This document shows positions 1 to 10,414 of a stretch of 64,000 nucleotides of DNA, piece by piece (positions within the stretch are counted from its first letter, which is position 1; each line of letters begins with the position of its first letter). The notes under the pieces are model-generated. The model worked only from the letters and a program-made list of their open reading frames with translations, had not been told where the DNA came from and made no database searches. The translations under genes were made by a program, and so were the position numbers. The stretch comes from Candidatus Latescibacterota bacterium (GTDB taxonomy: Bacteria > Latescibacterota > UBA2968 > GCA-2709665): positions 2,144,001 to 2,208,000 of the forward strand of contig CBDCOX010000002.1 of assembly GCA_965219995.1 (NCBI GenBank), given 5' to 3'.

Positions 1-299
1 CGTTCCTCCAGGGCAGTCCGGTGTCGCTTAAGTGCGTCTGCCATCAGGGCGATTCGTTGTTCTGCCGGTACATCCGGGAGACGTACCAACCCCGCATGCT
101 GAGCCTGCCTCACGTATACGAGCTCTCCGAAGTCAGTGTCAATCGTCACCAGAATCCTTCCGCCGGCAGCCGCGCGTTCCAGCAGTTCCCGATCGCCGGG
201 GTCGTGCCCGAGTTCCCTGGAGTCGACGACGTTATGCCCCTGGCCGCGAAGCCATTCAGATAGGCGGTGGCCGGCGCACCTGTCAACGAGGAATCTCAC
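1..299 (-). CDS. DUF5615 family PIN-like toxin (VapC45-like), 3' end runs off the window
   Basis: Not in the ORF track. Manual translation from GTG at 299 gives MRFLVDRCAGHRLSEWLRGQGHNVVD...DRELLERAAAGERILVTIDTDFGELVY, a typical DUF5615 pattern. Overlaps the DUF433 stop by GTGA. Confidence 0.85.
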   Translation of the reverse strand, partial: MRFLVDRCAGHRLSEWLRGQGHNVVDSRELGHDPGDRELLERAAAGGRILVTIDTDFGELVYVRQAQHAGLVRLPDVPAEQRIALMADALKRHRTALEE

Positions 300-547
300 G
301 GATGGGCGACCGAAACGGCATCCAGTGAATCATTGGCGATCACCGCATGGGCATAGGCAGCACATGCTCGAATATCATCCGGTTCGAGTTCAGGATAATC
401 CGCCAAAATTGCATCGGTCGTTACACCCTTTGCCAGTAGACTCAGGACAATTTCGACCGAAATCCTCATATTTCGGATAATGGGTTTTCCGCCGAAGACA
501 TCCGGGCGAGCGGTGATTCGGCATAGCAGTTCTGTATTGCTTTTCAT
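296..547 (-). CDS. DUF433 family antitoxin
   Basis: ITARPDVFGGKPIIRNMRISVEIVL...ILADYPELEPDDIRAC signature. Start moved to ATG 547 after a GGAGG RBS. Confidence 0.9.
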   Translation of the reverse strand: MKSNTELLCRITARPDVFGGKPIIRNMRISVEIVLSLLAKGVTTDAILADYPELEPDDIRACAAYAHAVIANDSLDAVSVAHP

Positions 548-769
548 GTGACCTCCGACGGCCAGACGGTTCGGCGACCGGCAGAAGGTCCTCCCGTGCT
601 GACTATTGGCATTGCCATGGTCAGAAATCAGGCGAGACGCCCTGCCACATATTGAGTCCAGTAGGCTCTTCACCGGAATATAACAGAGACGCGCCAAAAA
701 AAAAAGTGCGAGTCAGAACGACTATGGATGATGCAGGCGCCCGTCATGTGCCGTCACCTAAAGAGAAAC

Positions 770-793
770 GGCCTGTCTTCCAACTGACAGGCC
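770..793 (-). terminator. Probable intrinsic terminator of the RND efflux operon
   Basis: GGCCTGTC-N8-GACAGGCC hairpin followed by a T-rich run on the minus strand, about 30 nt after the RND permease stop. Confidence 0.6.
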
Positions 794-824
794 AGTTCCA
801 CATAAGATCGTTAAAGGGAATTCC

Positions 825-3800
825 TTAGTTCGCGTTTCGTTCGGCGCGTTTCTCCATCCACTCGTAGATCACCGGCAACAGGATCAGGGTCAGCAGGGTC
901 GAGGTGATGAGGCCGCCAACCACGACGGAGGCGAGCGGACGCTGCGTCTCCGCGCCCACGCCGGAAGACAGCAACATCGGCATCAATCCCAGAATGGATG
1001 TGCCCGCGGTCATCAGGACGGGGCGCAGGCGAAGCGCTGCGCCCTGCCGTACCGCTTCCTCGACGGAAAGTCCCGTCTCTCTGAGTTCATTGATGAAGCT
1101 GACAAGAACGATGCCGTTCAACATGGCCACGCCGAATACGGTGATGAATCCGATCGCGGACGGGACCGACACGTATTGTCCGCTGATGAAGAGCGCAATC
1201 AATCCCCCGATGGTGGCAAACGGTACGTTGGCGATGATCAGCGTGGCATACTTCACCGAATTGAACGCGGTATACAGCAACACGAAAATGAAGAAAATCG
1301 TCAGCGGCACGATCACTGACAGTCTCGCCAGCGCGCGCTGCTGGTTCTCGAACGCGCCGCCCCACTCGATCCAGTACCCCGGCGGCAGATCGACCTGGTC
1401 CTGGATGGCCGCACTCGCGTCACGGACAAAGCCGTCGATATCACGGCCCCGGACGTCCATCTGAATGACCGCGTAGCGCTGCAGCTGCTCCCTGCGCACG
1501 AACGAATACCCCTGCGCGACGCTTACGTCGGTAACCTCCGACAGGGGGATGATGGCGCCAACGCTGGTTTTGAGCGGGATACGCCCGATGGCCTGCACCG
1601 AGGATTTCGACGCGTCGTCCAGCCGCGCCGTAATGTCGAACCGGCGGACGCCGTCGATCAGAGTGGACACGGGTTCGTTGCCGATGCCGGTCCGCACGAC
1701 CGACAACACCTCGTCGGTACTCAGGCCGAAACGCGCAAGGTGGTCCCGGCGGACCTGGAGGCGGATCTGAGGTTTGCCGATATTTGCCTCCAGCGAAAGA
1801 TCGGCCACGCCGTCCACCGATGCGATGACCTCCTTGATCCGGAGGCTCAACCGGTTGAGTTCCGCCAGGTCCTCACCGTAGATCTTGGCGGCGAGCGTGG
1901 CGCGAACGCCGGAAATGAGTTCCTCCACGCGCATCTGGATCGGTTGCGTAAAGGCCACCACGGCGGTCGGAACCACCTCCTCCAGCCTTTCCCGCATCGC
2001 TTCGGCGAGTTCCCCGATATCTCTGTCGCCAGGCCACTCGTCCTCCGGTTTGAGTTCGGTGTAAATCTCCATGTAATTCACGTCGGCCGTCTCGCCCTTT
2101 TCGGCGCGTCCGATCATGGCCACGGTGGTGTTGACTTCCGGGAATCCGGACAGGGCGTTCTCGATGTCCTTGGAAATCGCAATCGACTGATCGAGCGACG
2201 CGGACGGAATGGACGTGACGCGCCACATGATCGAGCCCTCCTGCAATTGCGGCATGAATTCCCTGCCGAGAAAGGGAAAGAGCGCGAGGCTCGCAGCCAG
2301 CAGCCCGACGGCGATTCGGACCACGATCTTCTTGTTCGCGAGGGCTCCGTAGAGGAGCGGCACATAGCGCGCCTTGACGACGCGAACCAGCCACGTATCC
2401 CGCTGCTCCTTCGGCTTGAGGATCAGCGCGGCCAGTACAGGTATCAGCGTAAGCGTCAGCACGAGCGAGCCGGCCATCGCGAAGCTGATATTGAACGCCA
2501 TGGGCTTGAAGAGTTTCCCTTCGAGACCCTCGAGCGCGAACAGCGGCAGAAAAACCACAATGATGATCATGATGGCGAAGGCGATCGGATTCGCCACGCT
2601 CCGCGCGGCTGCCAGCACGGCGCTGGAACGATCAACGGCCTGCCCGGCCTCCTTCCGCTCCGCCATGATGCGGAAGGCGTTCTCGACCACGACCACGGCG
2701 CCGTCGACGATCATGCCGATGCCGACCGCGAGTCCGGCCAGCGACATAAGGTTGGCGGAGAGTCCCGCCTGGTCCATGAAGATGAAGGCGACAAGCATCG
2801 CCAGCGGAATGGACGCGATAACTACCACTGCCGAACGGAGTTCGCCAAGGAAGAGGAACAACACGATGGCCACCACAACCGCGCCCTGCAGAAGCGCGTT
2901 TGTCGCCGTGGCCACCGACCGGTTCACCAGGTCCGTGCGCTCGTAAACCGGCCGCAACTTGACGCCTTCCGGCAGGGAACGGTCGACAATTGCGACTTTC
3001 TCCTTTACGGCATCGACCACGGCGGCGGCGTTTTCTCCGATGCGCGAAAGGGCCATACCGAGCACAACTTCCTTGCCGTCGCGGGTCACGGCGCCGAAGC
3101 GGAGGGCCCCTCCCTGCACAATGTCCGCGACGTGTCGGAGGTAGACCGGCGTGCCGTCCTCAACCTTGACGACCATCGCGCCGATGTCCTCTTCGTTTTC
3201 GACAAGGCCGAGCCCGCGCACCAGGAATTGCTCAGCGCCGAGGTTGACGTACTGGCCGCCGACCTGCCGGTTGTTGGCCTCGATCACTTCGATCACGTCG
3301 GTGAACGTGAGGTCGTACTCGATAAGACTCAAGGGATCGATGACAACCTGGTACTGACGTTCCTGCCCTCCCCAGGAAATCACATCGTCCACGCCAGGCG
3401 CGGTACGCAAAATCAAGCGGACGCTCCAGTCGTGGAGCGTCCGCAGATCCATGTCCGTAATCCCGGCATTCAGCTTTTCATCGGCCCGTTCGAGCGTGTA
3501 CCAGAAAACCTGCCCGAGTCCGGACGTATTCGGGCCCATCTCCGGCGTGCCGTACCCTTCGGGAATCCGGTCTCCGACTTCCTGGAGGCGTTCCATCACC
3601 AGGCGGCGCGCGAAGTAGATGTCCATGTCATCTTCGAAGTACACCGCTACGTACGAGAGGCCGAACAGGCTCACCGAGCGGATCTGCTTTACCCTTGGCA
3701 GGCCCGCCATTGCGGATTCGACGGGAAAGGTAAGTAGCTGCTCGACGTCCTCCGCCGCCAGACCCGGCGATTCGGTATAAATGTTGACCTGGGCGGGCGT

Positions 3801-3938
3801 TACGTCGGGGAATGCGTCGATCGGGACGGTCACAACCGCGCGCCAGCCCAGAAAGGCGACCACCCCGAAGGCGAGCAGCACAAGGACCTTGTAGCGCACC
3901 GAGGTTTCAACCAGCTTTTCTAACACGGAGCTCCTCAA
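825..3938 (-). CDS. czcA: CusA/CzcA family heavy-metal efflux RND permease
   Basis: 1037 aa with PIDAFPDVT, GMIVDGAVVVVEN, RLRPVLMT and ETQRPLASVVVGGL motifs. Confidence 0.93.
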   Translation of the reverse strand: MRSSVLEKLVETSVRYKVLVLLAFGVVAFLGWRAVVTVPIDAFPDVTPAQVNIYTESPGLAAEDVEQLLTFPVESAMAGLPRVKQIRSVSLFGLSYVAVYFEDDMDIYFARRLVMERLQEVGDRIPEGYGTPEMGPNTSGLGQVFWYTLERADEKLNAGITDMDLRTLHDWSVRLILRTAPGVDDVISWGGQERQYQVVIDPLSLIEYDLTFTDVIEVIEANNRQVGGQYVNLGAEQFLVRGLGLVENEEDIGAMVVKVEDGTPVYLRHVADIVQGGALRFGAVTRDGKEVVLGMALSRIGENAAAVVDAVKEKVAIVDRSLPEGVKLRPVYERTDLVNRSVATATNALLQGAVVVAIVLFLFLGELRSAVVVIASIPLAMLVAFIFMDQAGLSANLMSLAGLAVGIGMIVDGAVVVVENAFRIMAERKEAGQAVDRSSAVLAAARSVANPIAFAIMIIIVVFLPLFALEGLEGKLFKPMAFNISFAMAGSLVLTLTLIPVLAALILKPKEQRDTWLVRVVKARYVPLLYGALANKKIVVRIAVGLLAASLALFPFLGREFMPQLQEGSIMWRVTSIPSASLDQSIAISKDIENALSGFPEVNTTVAMIGRAEKGETADVNYMEIYTELKPEDEWPGDRDIGELAEAMRERLEEVVPTAVVAFTQPIQMRVEELISGVRATLAAKIYGEDLAELNRLSLRIKEVIASVDGVADLSLEANIGKPQIRLQVRRDHLARFGLSTDEVLSVVRTGIGNEPVSTLIDGVRRFDITARLDDASKSSVQAIGRIPLKTSVGAIIPLSEVTDVSVAQGYSFVRREQLQRYAVIQMDVRGRDIDGFVRDASAAIQDQVDLPPGYWIEWGGAFENQQRALARLSVIVPLTIFFIFVLLYTAFNSVKYATLIIANVPFATIGGLIALFISGQYVSVPSAIGFITVFGVAMLNGIVLVSFINELRETGLSVEEAVRQGAALRLRPVLMTAGTSILGLMPMLLSSGVGAETQRPLASVVVGGLITSTLLTLILLPVIYEWMEKRAERNAN

Positions 3939-5056
3939 TGCGCGTGGCCGCCGCCCAGCGAAGACTTGAGTAGCAGCGACTTCAAATGAAAGACGCCGGA
4001 AACCGCGATTTCGTCACCGGCCTGGAGTCCGGCTGAAACCACCGTCCAGTCGCCCACGGTTGCACCGGTGACGATCGATTCCGGGTGAAACTCATGGCCG
4101 GCCTTGACTCTGAACACGGTAGGGATATCGTCGATCATTGTCACAGCGGCGTTCGGTACGGCCAGCACCGGTTCCCCGACGCCCGTAACGATCTCCACCT
4201 CGACGAACTGTCGCTCGTGCAGCAGGTCCTCCTCGTTGTCCACTTCGATTCGAACGCCGTGGGTGCGGGTCTTCTCATCCACGCGGTGGTAGCGCTGAAC
4301 AACCGTACCCTCAAACCAGGTGACGCCGTCGGGACTGACCCGCGCCGAACTGCCCGCATGGATTTCGGGCGCACCCACCGCAATCGGTCTGGCTTCCACC
4401 CACATCACGGACTCGTCGCTGATATCGAATAGGACGCGCCCGGGCTCGATCAGTTCACCCACGATGAAGTTGTCCTGCAAAACCGTCCCGTCCTGCGGGG
4501 CAAACAGATCGAAGACGCCGCTGGCAATGTCCGCGTCGGTGATATTCATCAGGGCGTCCGCCTGCGCTTGCGTCATACCGTAGGCGAGTACCCTGGCCAG
4601 CGCCAGTTGCCGGGCCACGCGCGCCTCGGTGAAACGACGGTCGGACACGGATTCCGGTCCGAGGCTCCTGACGCGCTCCCATTCCCGGTTGGCAACGATC
4701 AATTCGCCCTGCGCTTCGGCCATGGCTACGCTCGAGAGGGTTACCATGGGCTGTCCGGCCGTTACCGTCTCACCGAGTATGACGTGCCGGGCGACGACCT
4801 GGGCGGTAATGCGGGGGGTGACGCGTGAGGACCTGTACACGTTGATCCCCACGTTGCCGGGGACGCGAATGGTCTCACCCAGTGCGCGCCGCGCAACGCT
4901 GTCGACGACAACGCCGGCAGCGCGCTGCTCATCGGCCGTCATTTCGACGATTCCGGCCGCTTCGCCTTCCGGATTCTCGTGGTCTGCTTCTTCCGCGAGA
5001 ACCGGGGCGATCATGGCCAGGATGAGACACGCCGCCCGGAGTGTCGGGGTGTTCAT
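3935..5056 (-). CDS. czcB: RND periplasmic adaptor (CzcB/CusB-like)
   Basis: Signal peptide from MNTPTLR, membrane-fusion-protein hairpin and lipoyl-like segments, C-terminal GGGHAH. 4-nt overlap with czcA. Confidence 0.88.
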   Translation of the reverse strand: MNTPTLRAACLILAMIAPVLAEEADHENPEGEAAGIVEMTADEQRAAGVVVDSVARRALGETIRVPGNVGINVYRSSRVTPRITAQVVARHVILGETVTAGQPMVTLSSVAMAEAQGELIVANREWERVRSLGPESVSDRRFTEARVARQLALARVLAYGMTQAQADALMNITDADIASGVFDLFAPQDGTVLQDNFIVGELIEPGRVLFDISDESVMWVEARPIAVGAPEIHAGSSARVSPDGVTWFEGTVVQRYHRVDEKTRTHGVRIEVDNEEDLLHERQFVEVEIVTGVGEPVLAVPNAAVTMIDDIPTVFRVKAGHEFHPESIVTGATVGDWTVVSAGLQAGDEIAVSGVFHLKSLLLKSSLGGGHAH

Positions 5057-5093
5057 GGATGTTTCTCCGTTCCTGTTCGGCAGATTTGACGAC

Positions 5094-6353
5094 TCACCGG
5101 TCCGCGCCGGTACCCAGCCAGACGTCGATCTGTCCGGATGCCGACAACCACTCAAACCATGCCCGCCAGACCGATTCCCGAAGGTCCAGCGCGCTCTCCC
5201 GCACATCCAGCGACTGCCCCGTATGCACAAGATAGTCCGTTGTGCCGATGTCGCCGGCTTTCCACAGCTTGCGAAGTTGTTCCTCTTGCCGCTCGAGGCT
5301 CGTCTGTCCGGTCTTCTGCCAATCTCTCCACGCGGCCAGCGCCAGCCGATAGCGCTCCATCGCGCTGATCAGGCGGGCGCGCGCCCGTTGCGACACGTCT
5401 TCGCCGGTCTGCTGCGCCGCGCGGTGGCCCGCCGCGGCCGCATCCACTTCATCGCCGAACCGATTGAGCAATGGCAGCGGGATTGACAATTCCGCAACCG
5501 TGAGCCGCTCGCCTGCCTCGCCGCCGCCCCCCAGGCTTAACGTCGGATCGGGACGCCGTTCCCTGCGCCGAAGCTCAACGAGAGCCTCGGCGGCATCCGC
5601 CCGGCGCCTGGCTGCGAGGACTTCCGGGAGCGCCTCGACCAGGGACTGAACGTCGGCGCCATCCGGCAGGTCAGGCAGAGATGCCGGCAGCGGAGGCCAC
5701 GTTGACACAGGCTGAACCGGAGCGAGACCGCGGACCGCCTGTCTCGCTTCGGCAAGCGACGCCGCTGCGGTGGCTCTCCTGATTCGGGCATCCACGGAAG
5801 CCAGCCGCGCAAGATCAAGTTCCACCCGGTTCACGTCGCCCGTCTCGAACCTGCGTTGTGCAAGCACCGCGAAGTCGTGCATCAGCTCTTGGCGCCGCGC
5901 TGCCAGGCTGTCGCGTTCGGCGCCGGTCCGGTGGGCGGCCAGACCGTTCAGCAGGTCGATGGTTACATCACGGCGCACGTGGGCGACCGCCGCCTCGGCG
6001 ACCCTCCACTCGGATTCCGCCACAGCAGTGCGGGCCCTGCCTTTTCCGCCCCAATCAATCGCATATCCGATGCCGATCCAGTAGCGGGTCTCGTGCGTCC
6101 TTTCGAAGTCCGCGTTGATCTCCGGGTTGTACAGCGGTCGGGATGCGGCGTCTCGATCGCTCCTTCTCGCCTCCAATGCGGCGCGAGCCGACTTCACCCG
6201 GGGATTCGCGTTGACGATCTTCTGAACGAACTCGCGGAGCGCAATCCCGGCCGGCGCATCGGTTGTACCTGCGTCGCCAGCGGCCCCGGCCACACACGGC
6301 GCGGCCATGATGGCGCCCATTCCGAGGATGAGCCCGTACGGTGAAATCCGCAT
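5094..6353 (-). CDS. czcC: TolC family outer-membrane efflux protein (CzcC-like)
   Basis: Helical outer-membrane efflux repeats (NPRVKSARA, LSIPLPLLNR) and position upstream of adaptor and permease. Start is uncertain (MRISPYG). Confidence 0.85.
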   Translation of the reverse strand: MRISPYGLILGMGAIMAAPCVAGAAGDAGTTDAPAGIALREFVQKIVNANPRVKSARAALEARRSDRDAASRPLYNPEINADFERTHETRYWIGIGYAIDWGGKGRARTAVAESEWRVAEAAVAHVRRDVTIDLLNGLAAHRTGAERDSLAARRQELMHDFAVLAQRRFETGDVNRVELDLARLASVDARIRRATAAASLAEARQAVRGLAPVQPVSTWPPLPASLPDLPDGADVQSLVEALPEVLAARRRADAAEALVELRRRERRPDPTLSLGGGGEAGERLTVAELSIPLPLLNRFGDEVDAAAAGHRAAQQTGEDVSQRARARLISAMERYRLALAAWRDWQKTGQTSLERQEEQLRKLWKAGDIGTTDYLVHTGQSLDVRESALDLRESVWRAWFEWLSASGQIDVWLGTGADR

Positions 6354-6585
6354 AGATCGGCTTCCGAGATTTGTGGGCGGCTGCGGGCTGACTTCGAACT
6401 CCGCATCAACAAAAAATGAACACACTATCGATAAGGCTTCAAGCCACGGACATAAATAGAGACGCCGGGACGAGAGAACTCGCCCCGACATCGTTAAACG
6501 CCTCCGCCGCGGCTGATCTACCGATTACCGGCAGATCCTCGCCAGCGGTATCTGGCTGGATCAGGTTAACTGATCGCCGCTGCCG

Positions 6586-7320
6586 TTAGTAGGCGAAACC
6601 GAGACTGACGCCGCCCCAGACCTGGGTCGTCTCGCCTCCGTCTTCAACGATATCTTCGATCCGGCGAATGACTCCGATGGTGGGCGACAATGAAAAGTAG
6701 CTATGGCTGACACCCAGCGAAACGGACGCACCTACGTGGTTGAATTCGAATTTTTCGGTCGTGTCGCTGTATCCGATATCGGCCGAAATCCCCAGCGAGA
6801 CGTTGCTGTCAGGGATCGGCTGGATTTCATGGCCGATACTGCCATTGAGGTACCAGTAATCGAACTGACCCACATCGCGGTAGAGCGTTAGAGACGGTGA
6901 CAGAAACTGATCCAGGCTCAGGCCGGCGAAAAACTCCGTGGTGATTCTGTCGCCCTTGTCCAGGCTCGGAAAGGTGTATTGAATCATTCCAACGGTAAGC
7001 CCGACGTTTTGGTACTGTTCTCCCAGGCTGCGGTCGTACGTTAACGTGAGGTCGAGTTCATCGCCCGCGTCCTGAATGCTCCGTTGTTTCAGAGCAGCGG
7101 ATCCCCAGACGTTGAACGCGAATCCGGATTCCCCGAGACCGACGGTGAGCGAGGGTTGCGCGGTCGGTTTGTTCGTGAAGCCGACGCCGCGGAAGATATA
7201 ATGAGAGACAAGATCCACGCCCCCCTCAACGGAAACATTCCCTATCTGCGCGAATGCGGGACTGGCAAGCAGGCTGAGGGTGAGAACGACGAGTAGCGTA
7301 CGAGTTGACATGTTCTTCAT
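6586..7320 (-). CDS. TorF/Gcw_chp-like putative outer-membrane porin
   Basis: Signal peptide (AFA|Q), DLVSHYIFRG..T..P..QP N-terminal signature, ELDLTL motif, aromatic C-terminus (LGFAY). Confidence 0.75.
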   Translation of the reverse strand: MKNMSTRTLLVVLTLSLLASPAFAQIGNVSVEGGVDLVSHYIFRGVGFTNKPTAQPSLTVGLGESGFAFNVWGSAALKQRSIQDAGDELDLTLTYDRSLGEQYQNVGLTVGMIQYTFPSLDKGDRITTEFFAGLSLDQFLSPSLTLYRDVGQFDYWYLNGSIGHEIQPIPDSNVSLGISADIGYSDTTEKFEFNHVGASVSLGVSHSYFSLSPTIGVIRRIEDIVEDGGETTQVWGGVSLGFAY

Positions 7321-7505
7321 TCCTCCAATCTGTTTCGGTGATTACCCCAGTGGATCGAACCGAAACCGGACGTTGACGATACTTTCGAGACTGCGTGCTT
7401 TGAGGAAACGTCTTGTGAGGTTGACGGATTGGAACGTGCGATGCACCTGATACCGATCCGATGGCCTGAATCGGACTCGGCGCGGACGGTTCTTTCGAAC
7501 ACCAA

Positions 7506-7542
7506 GACACTTAATCTTAGTGTCACGCGGGTTCCATGTCAA
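7506..7542 (-). promoter_or_regulatory. Sigma70 promoter of the porin gene with a palindromic operator over the -10
   Basis: Minus strand reads TTGACA-17 nt-TAAGAT. Inverted repeat GACACT-N7-AGTGTC at 7506-7524. Confidence 0.6.
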
Positions 7543-7574
7543 GTTGAATTTTAAACTGGTGAACCCGCTGCGAC

Positions 7575-8141
7575 CTATTCGGGGCCTCCCGCGAATCGTG
7601 TGTGTTTCGAACGGATATTCAGGAGGACGTTTCCCTGGCTATCCTTGAGGACAAGCGTTGTTTCGTATCTGTCGGCACCGGTGAACCGGTTGACGATCTT
7701 CCCCTCCATACCCAGACCGAAATCCATGTATTTCCACGTCATCGTCTCCGATGTTTCGTCCCACGTACCAACCCAGAAACTCTGCCCGCCGGTCGAATCG
7801 AACGCCCACTTCTGGTACTGACCGCTCCTTAATTCAAAGCGCTGGATTTCGCGGGTCTCCGTTGTGCCGGTCCGGCCGGATATCTGATGGTATTGACCGC
7901 CCAGAATCCACTCTCCCGTCGTCGCACCCGGTATTTCACCGGACACAGGAGACCAGGCCGCGGGTTTGACAACCGTGTGATGTTTCCAGGTTCCGTCCCA
8001 CCGCGTCAGAACCTTTGCATCGGCCGAACCTTCCGCTGCTGCGGAACCAGCGGCCAAAATCACGACCAATACAATCGTGGCCGACGCAGGGTAGATCGTT
8101 CCCATTGGCCATCTCTTTCTGAAAATGACCATCAGCGCCAC
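7575..8141 (-). CDS. Secreted DUF1579-like beta-barrel protein
   Basis: Signal peptide, L..WDGTW, EWILGG.Y and W.FDS.G...GTWD patterns. Start may be downstream (MGTIY). Confidence 0.55.
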   Translation of the reverse strand: MALMVIFRKRWPMGTIYPASATIVLVVILAAGSAAAEGSADAKVLTRWDGTWKHHTVVKPAAWSPVSGEIPGATTGEWILGGQYHQISGRTGTTETREIQRFELRSGQYQKWAFDSTGGQSFWVGTWDETSETMTWKYMDFGLGMEGKIVNRFTGADRYETTLVLKDSQGNVLLNIRSKHTRFAGGPE

Positions 8142-8221
8142 TCGCCGACCCGGATCGACGAAGCCGTCGAGGGTAAGGGTTCGAATCAGAACCCCCGCAT
8201 TGGCCCGTTACGATACATACC

Positions 8222-10414
8222 CTACCTCACGAACAGCATGTCGCGGTACGTCGGCAGCGGCCACAGATCGTCCGGAATCACCTTCTCCAATCGGTCCGCC
8301 ACGTCGCGCACCGCGTTCATCGAGGGGATCACATTGTCGCGCATGTGGAGCACCTTGGAAGACATCTCGTCTCCGCCGAGTTCTTCATTCTGCACGTCGA
8401 GTTCGTCCAGCGCATCGCTCAATTCATCGATCAGGCCGGAAACCCGCATGATGTTGGCATCGAGACCCCTTGTGGAGCCGCCGGCCTTCTTCGTCCCGTT
8501 CCGCGTCGACGTGAGCTGCTTCAGGTAGGTGACCGCAGCAGGAAGGATCATGCAGCGGGCCATGTGCGCCGCCGTCTCGCCTTCGATGTTAATCTTGATG
8601 AAGTATTGCTCGGTGAGCACTTCCAGCCTGGCCCCCAGTTCGCGCGGCGTCAGGACGCCGTACTTGTCGAAGAGCTCCTCGTTCCCGGGCGAGGCGAGCT
8701 CGACGAGCGCATCGACCGCCGAGCCAGCATTGTACAGCCCGCGTCGCGCGGCTTCCTCGACCCACTCGGTTGCGTAATTGTCGCCATTGAAAATGATCCG
8801 TTTGAAAGACGGAATCTCGTTGGCCAACAGCGTCCAGAGCGCATCCTCGATCGAGGTGCCGGCGTTGACGATCGGCTCCAGCAACTCAGTCCAATGGTCG
8901 ATCGCCTCCGCGACGATCGTGTTGAGGACGGTTGCCGGCAGCGATATATTCGCCGACGAGCCGACCGCGCGGAACTCGAACTTGTTCCCGGTGAAAGCAA
9001 AGGGGGACGTGCGGTTGCGGTCTCCCGAATGGCGCGTAAGGTCGGGGAGGACGTTGACGCCGAGGCCAAGGAGGCCATCGTGATCCCGCTTTTCCGCCTT
9101 TCCGGACTCCTCAAGCTGATTGAAGATGTCTTCGAGCTGGCTGCCCAGGAACACCGAAATGATCGACGGCGGGGCTTCATTGGCACCCAAACGGTGATCG
9201 TTCCCGGCGCTTGCGACGCTGGCAAGGAGCAGATCCTGGTGCTGCTCGACGGCACTCATCACCGCTGTACAGAAGAACAGGAACATCAGGTTGTCGTGCG
9301 GCGTGTCGCCCGGATCCATCAGGTTACGTTCGGAAGTGCCAAAAGACCAGTTCAGGTGCTTGCCACTGCCGTTAATCCCCGCGAAGGGCTTTTCATGCAG
9401 GAGACAGATGAATCCATAGCTGCGCGCGCTTCGCTCCAGGACCCTCATCATCAGCTGTTGGTGGTCCGACGCCACGTTCGCGTTCTCGTAGACCGGCGCC
9501 ATCTCGTACTGCCCCGGCGCCACCTCGTTATGGCGCGTCTTCATCGGCACGCCCAGCCGGTACAGGTCCATCTCGATGGACTGGATGCACGCCAGGACTC
9601 GCTCGTGGATCTGTCCGAAGTAGTGGTCGTCGAGTTCCTGCCCCCTCGGAGGCTTTGCCCCGAAGAGTGTTCGGCCCGATGTCATCAGGTCGGGTCTACG
9701 GTAGTAGAACTCGCGGTCGACGAGAAAGAACTCCTGTTCGGGACCGAGGCTGGCCGTTACCATCCCGGCGTCGATACCGAAGAGCTTGAGCGCTCGTCGC
9801 GTGACCCTGTCGAGTGCGTCCATTGACCGGAGCAGCGGGATCTTCGCATCGAGACTCTCACCCGTCCAACTGGAAAAAGCAGTGGGAATGCAAAGGTACG
9901 TTGCCGACTCGCCGCCCATGATAAAAGCGGGAGAGGTAGGATCCCAGGCCGTGTAGCCCCGCGCCTCGAAGGTAGCCCGTAAACCACCCGACGGAAACGA
10001 CGACGCGTCCGGCTCGCCCTGGACGAGTTCCTCGCCGCCGAACTCGGTGATGGCGCGTGCATCGGCGCCCACCTTCAGGAAGGAGTCGTGCTTCTCGGCC
10101 GTGTGTCCCGTGAGCGGCTGGAACCAGTGCGTGTAGTGGGTCGCGCCTAACGAGAGCGCCCAGTCTTTCATCGCCGCAGCGACCGTGTCCGCGATATCGG
10201 AATCGAGTTGCTTTCCGTGTTGAATCGTCCGGACAAGCTGCTTGAAGACGTTTTCCGGAAGCCTGGACTGCATTTCGAGCAGACCGAACGTGTCATTGCC
10301 GAAGATGTCAGGCAGGAGGTCCCGGTCGCCCGATCGGGACTCCGGCTTGCGGTTCCAGGTCTTGGCGGCACTGACCGAATCGAAACGTCTCTGGATCCTC
10401 ATTGTGAAAGCCAT
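8222..10414 (-). CDS. glnA: Glutamine synthetase type III
   Basis: HYTHWFQPLTG, EPDASSFPSGGLRATFEARGYTAWD, HEKPFAGINGSGKH, DRNRTSPFAFTGNKFEFRAVGS, WPLPTY. Confidence 0.96.
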   Translation of the reverse strand: MAFTMRIQRRFDSVSAAKTWNRKPESRSGDRDLLPDIFGNDTFGLLEMQSRLPENVFKQLVRTIQHGKQLDSDIADTVAAAMKDWALSLGATHYTHWFQPLTGHTAEKHDSFLKVGADARAITEFGGEELVQGEPDASSFPSGGLRATFEARGYTAWDPTSPAFIMGGESATYLCIPTAFSSWTGESLDAKIPLLRSMDALDRVTRRALKLFGIDAGMVTASLGPEQEFFLVDREFYYRRPDLMTSGRTLFGAKPPRGQELDDHYFGQIHERVLACIQSIEMDLYRLGVPMKTRHNEVAPGQYEMAPVYENANVASDHQQLMMRVLERSARSYGFICLLHEKPFAGINGSGKHLNWSFGTSERNLMDPGDTPHDNLMFLFFCTAVMSAVEQHQDLLLASVASAGNDHRLGANEAPPSIISVFLGSQLEDIFNQLEESGKAEKRDHDGLLGLGVNVLPDLTRHSGDRNRTSPFAFTGNKFEFRAVGSSANISLPATVLNTIVAEAIDHWTELLEPIVNAGTSIEDALWTLLANEIPSFKRIIFNGDNYATEWVEEAARRGLYNAGSAVDALVELASPGNEELFDKYGVLTPRELGARLEVLTEQYFIKINIEGETAAHMARCMILPAAVTYLKQLTSTRNGTKKAGGSTRGLDANIMRVSGLIDELSDALDELDVQNEELGGDEMSSKVLHMRDNVIPSMNAVRDVADRLEKVIPDDLWPLPTYRDMLFVR

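Noticed and set aside
1740-3737. Long antisense or alternate-frame ORFs (e.g. 1740-3737, 8345-9826, 30507-32042, 45826-47511, 57098-59038)
   Set aside because: Shadow ORFs opposite well-supported genes, expected from high-GC codon bias. They show no family motifs.
7321-7505. NiCo or glutamine riboswitch in the porin leader
   Set aside because: I could not match the conserved core nucleotides of either motif by eye.
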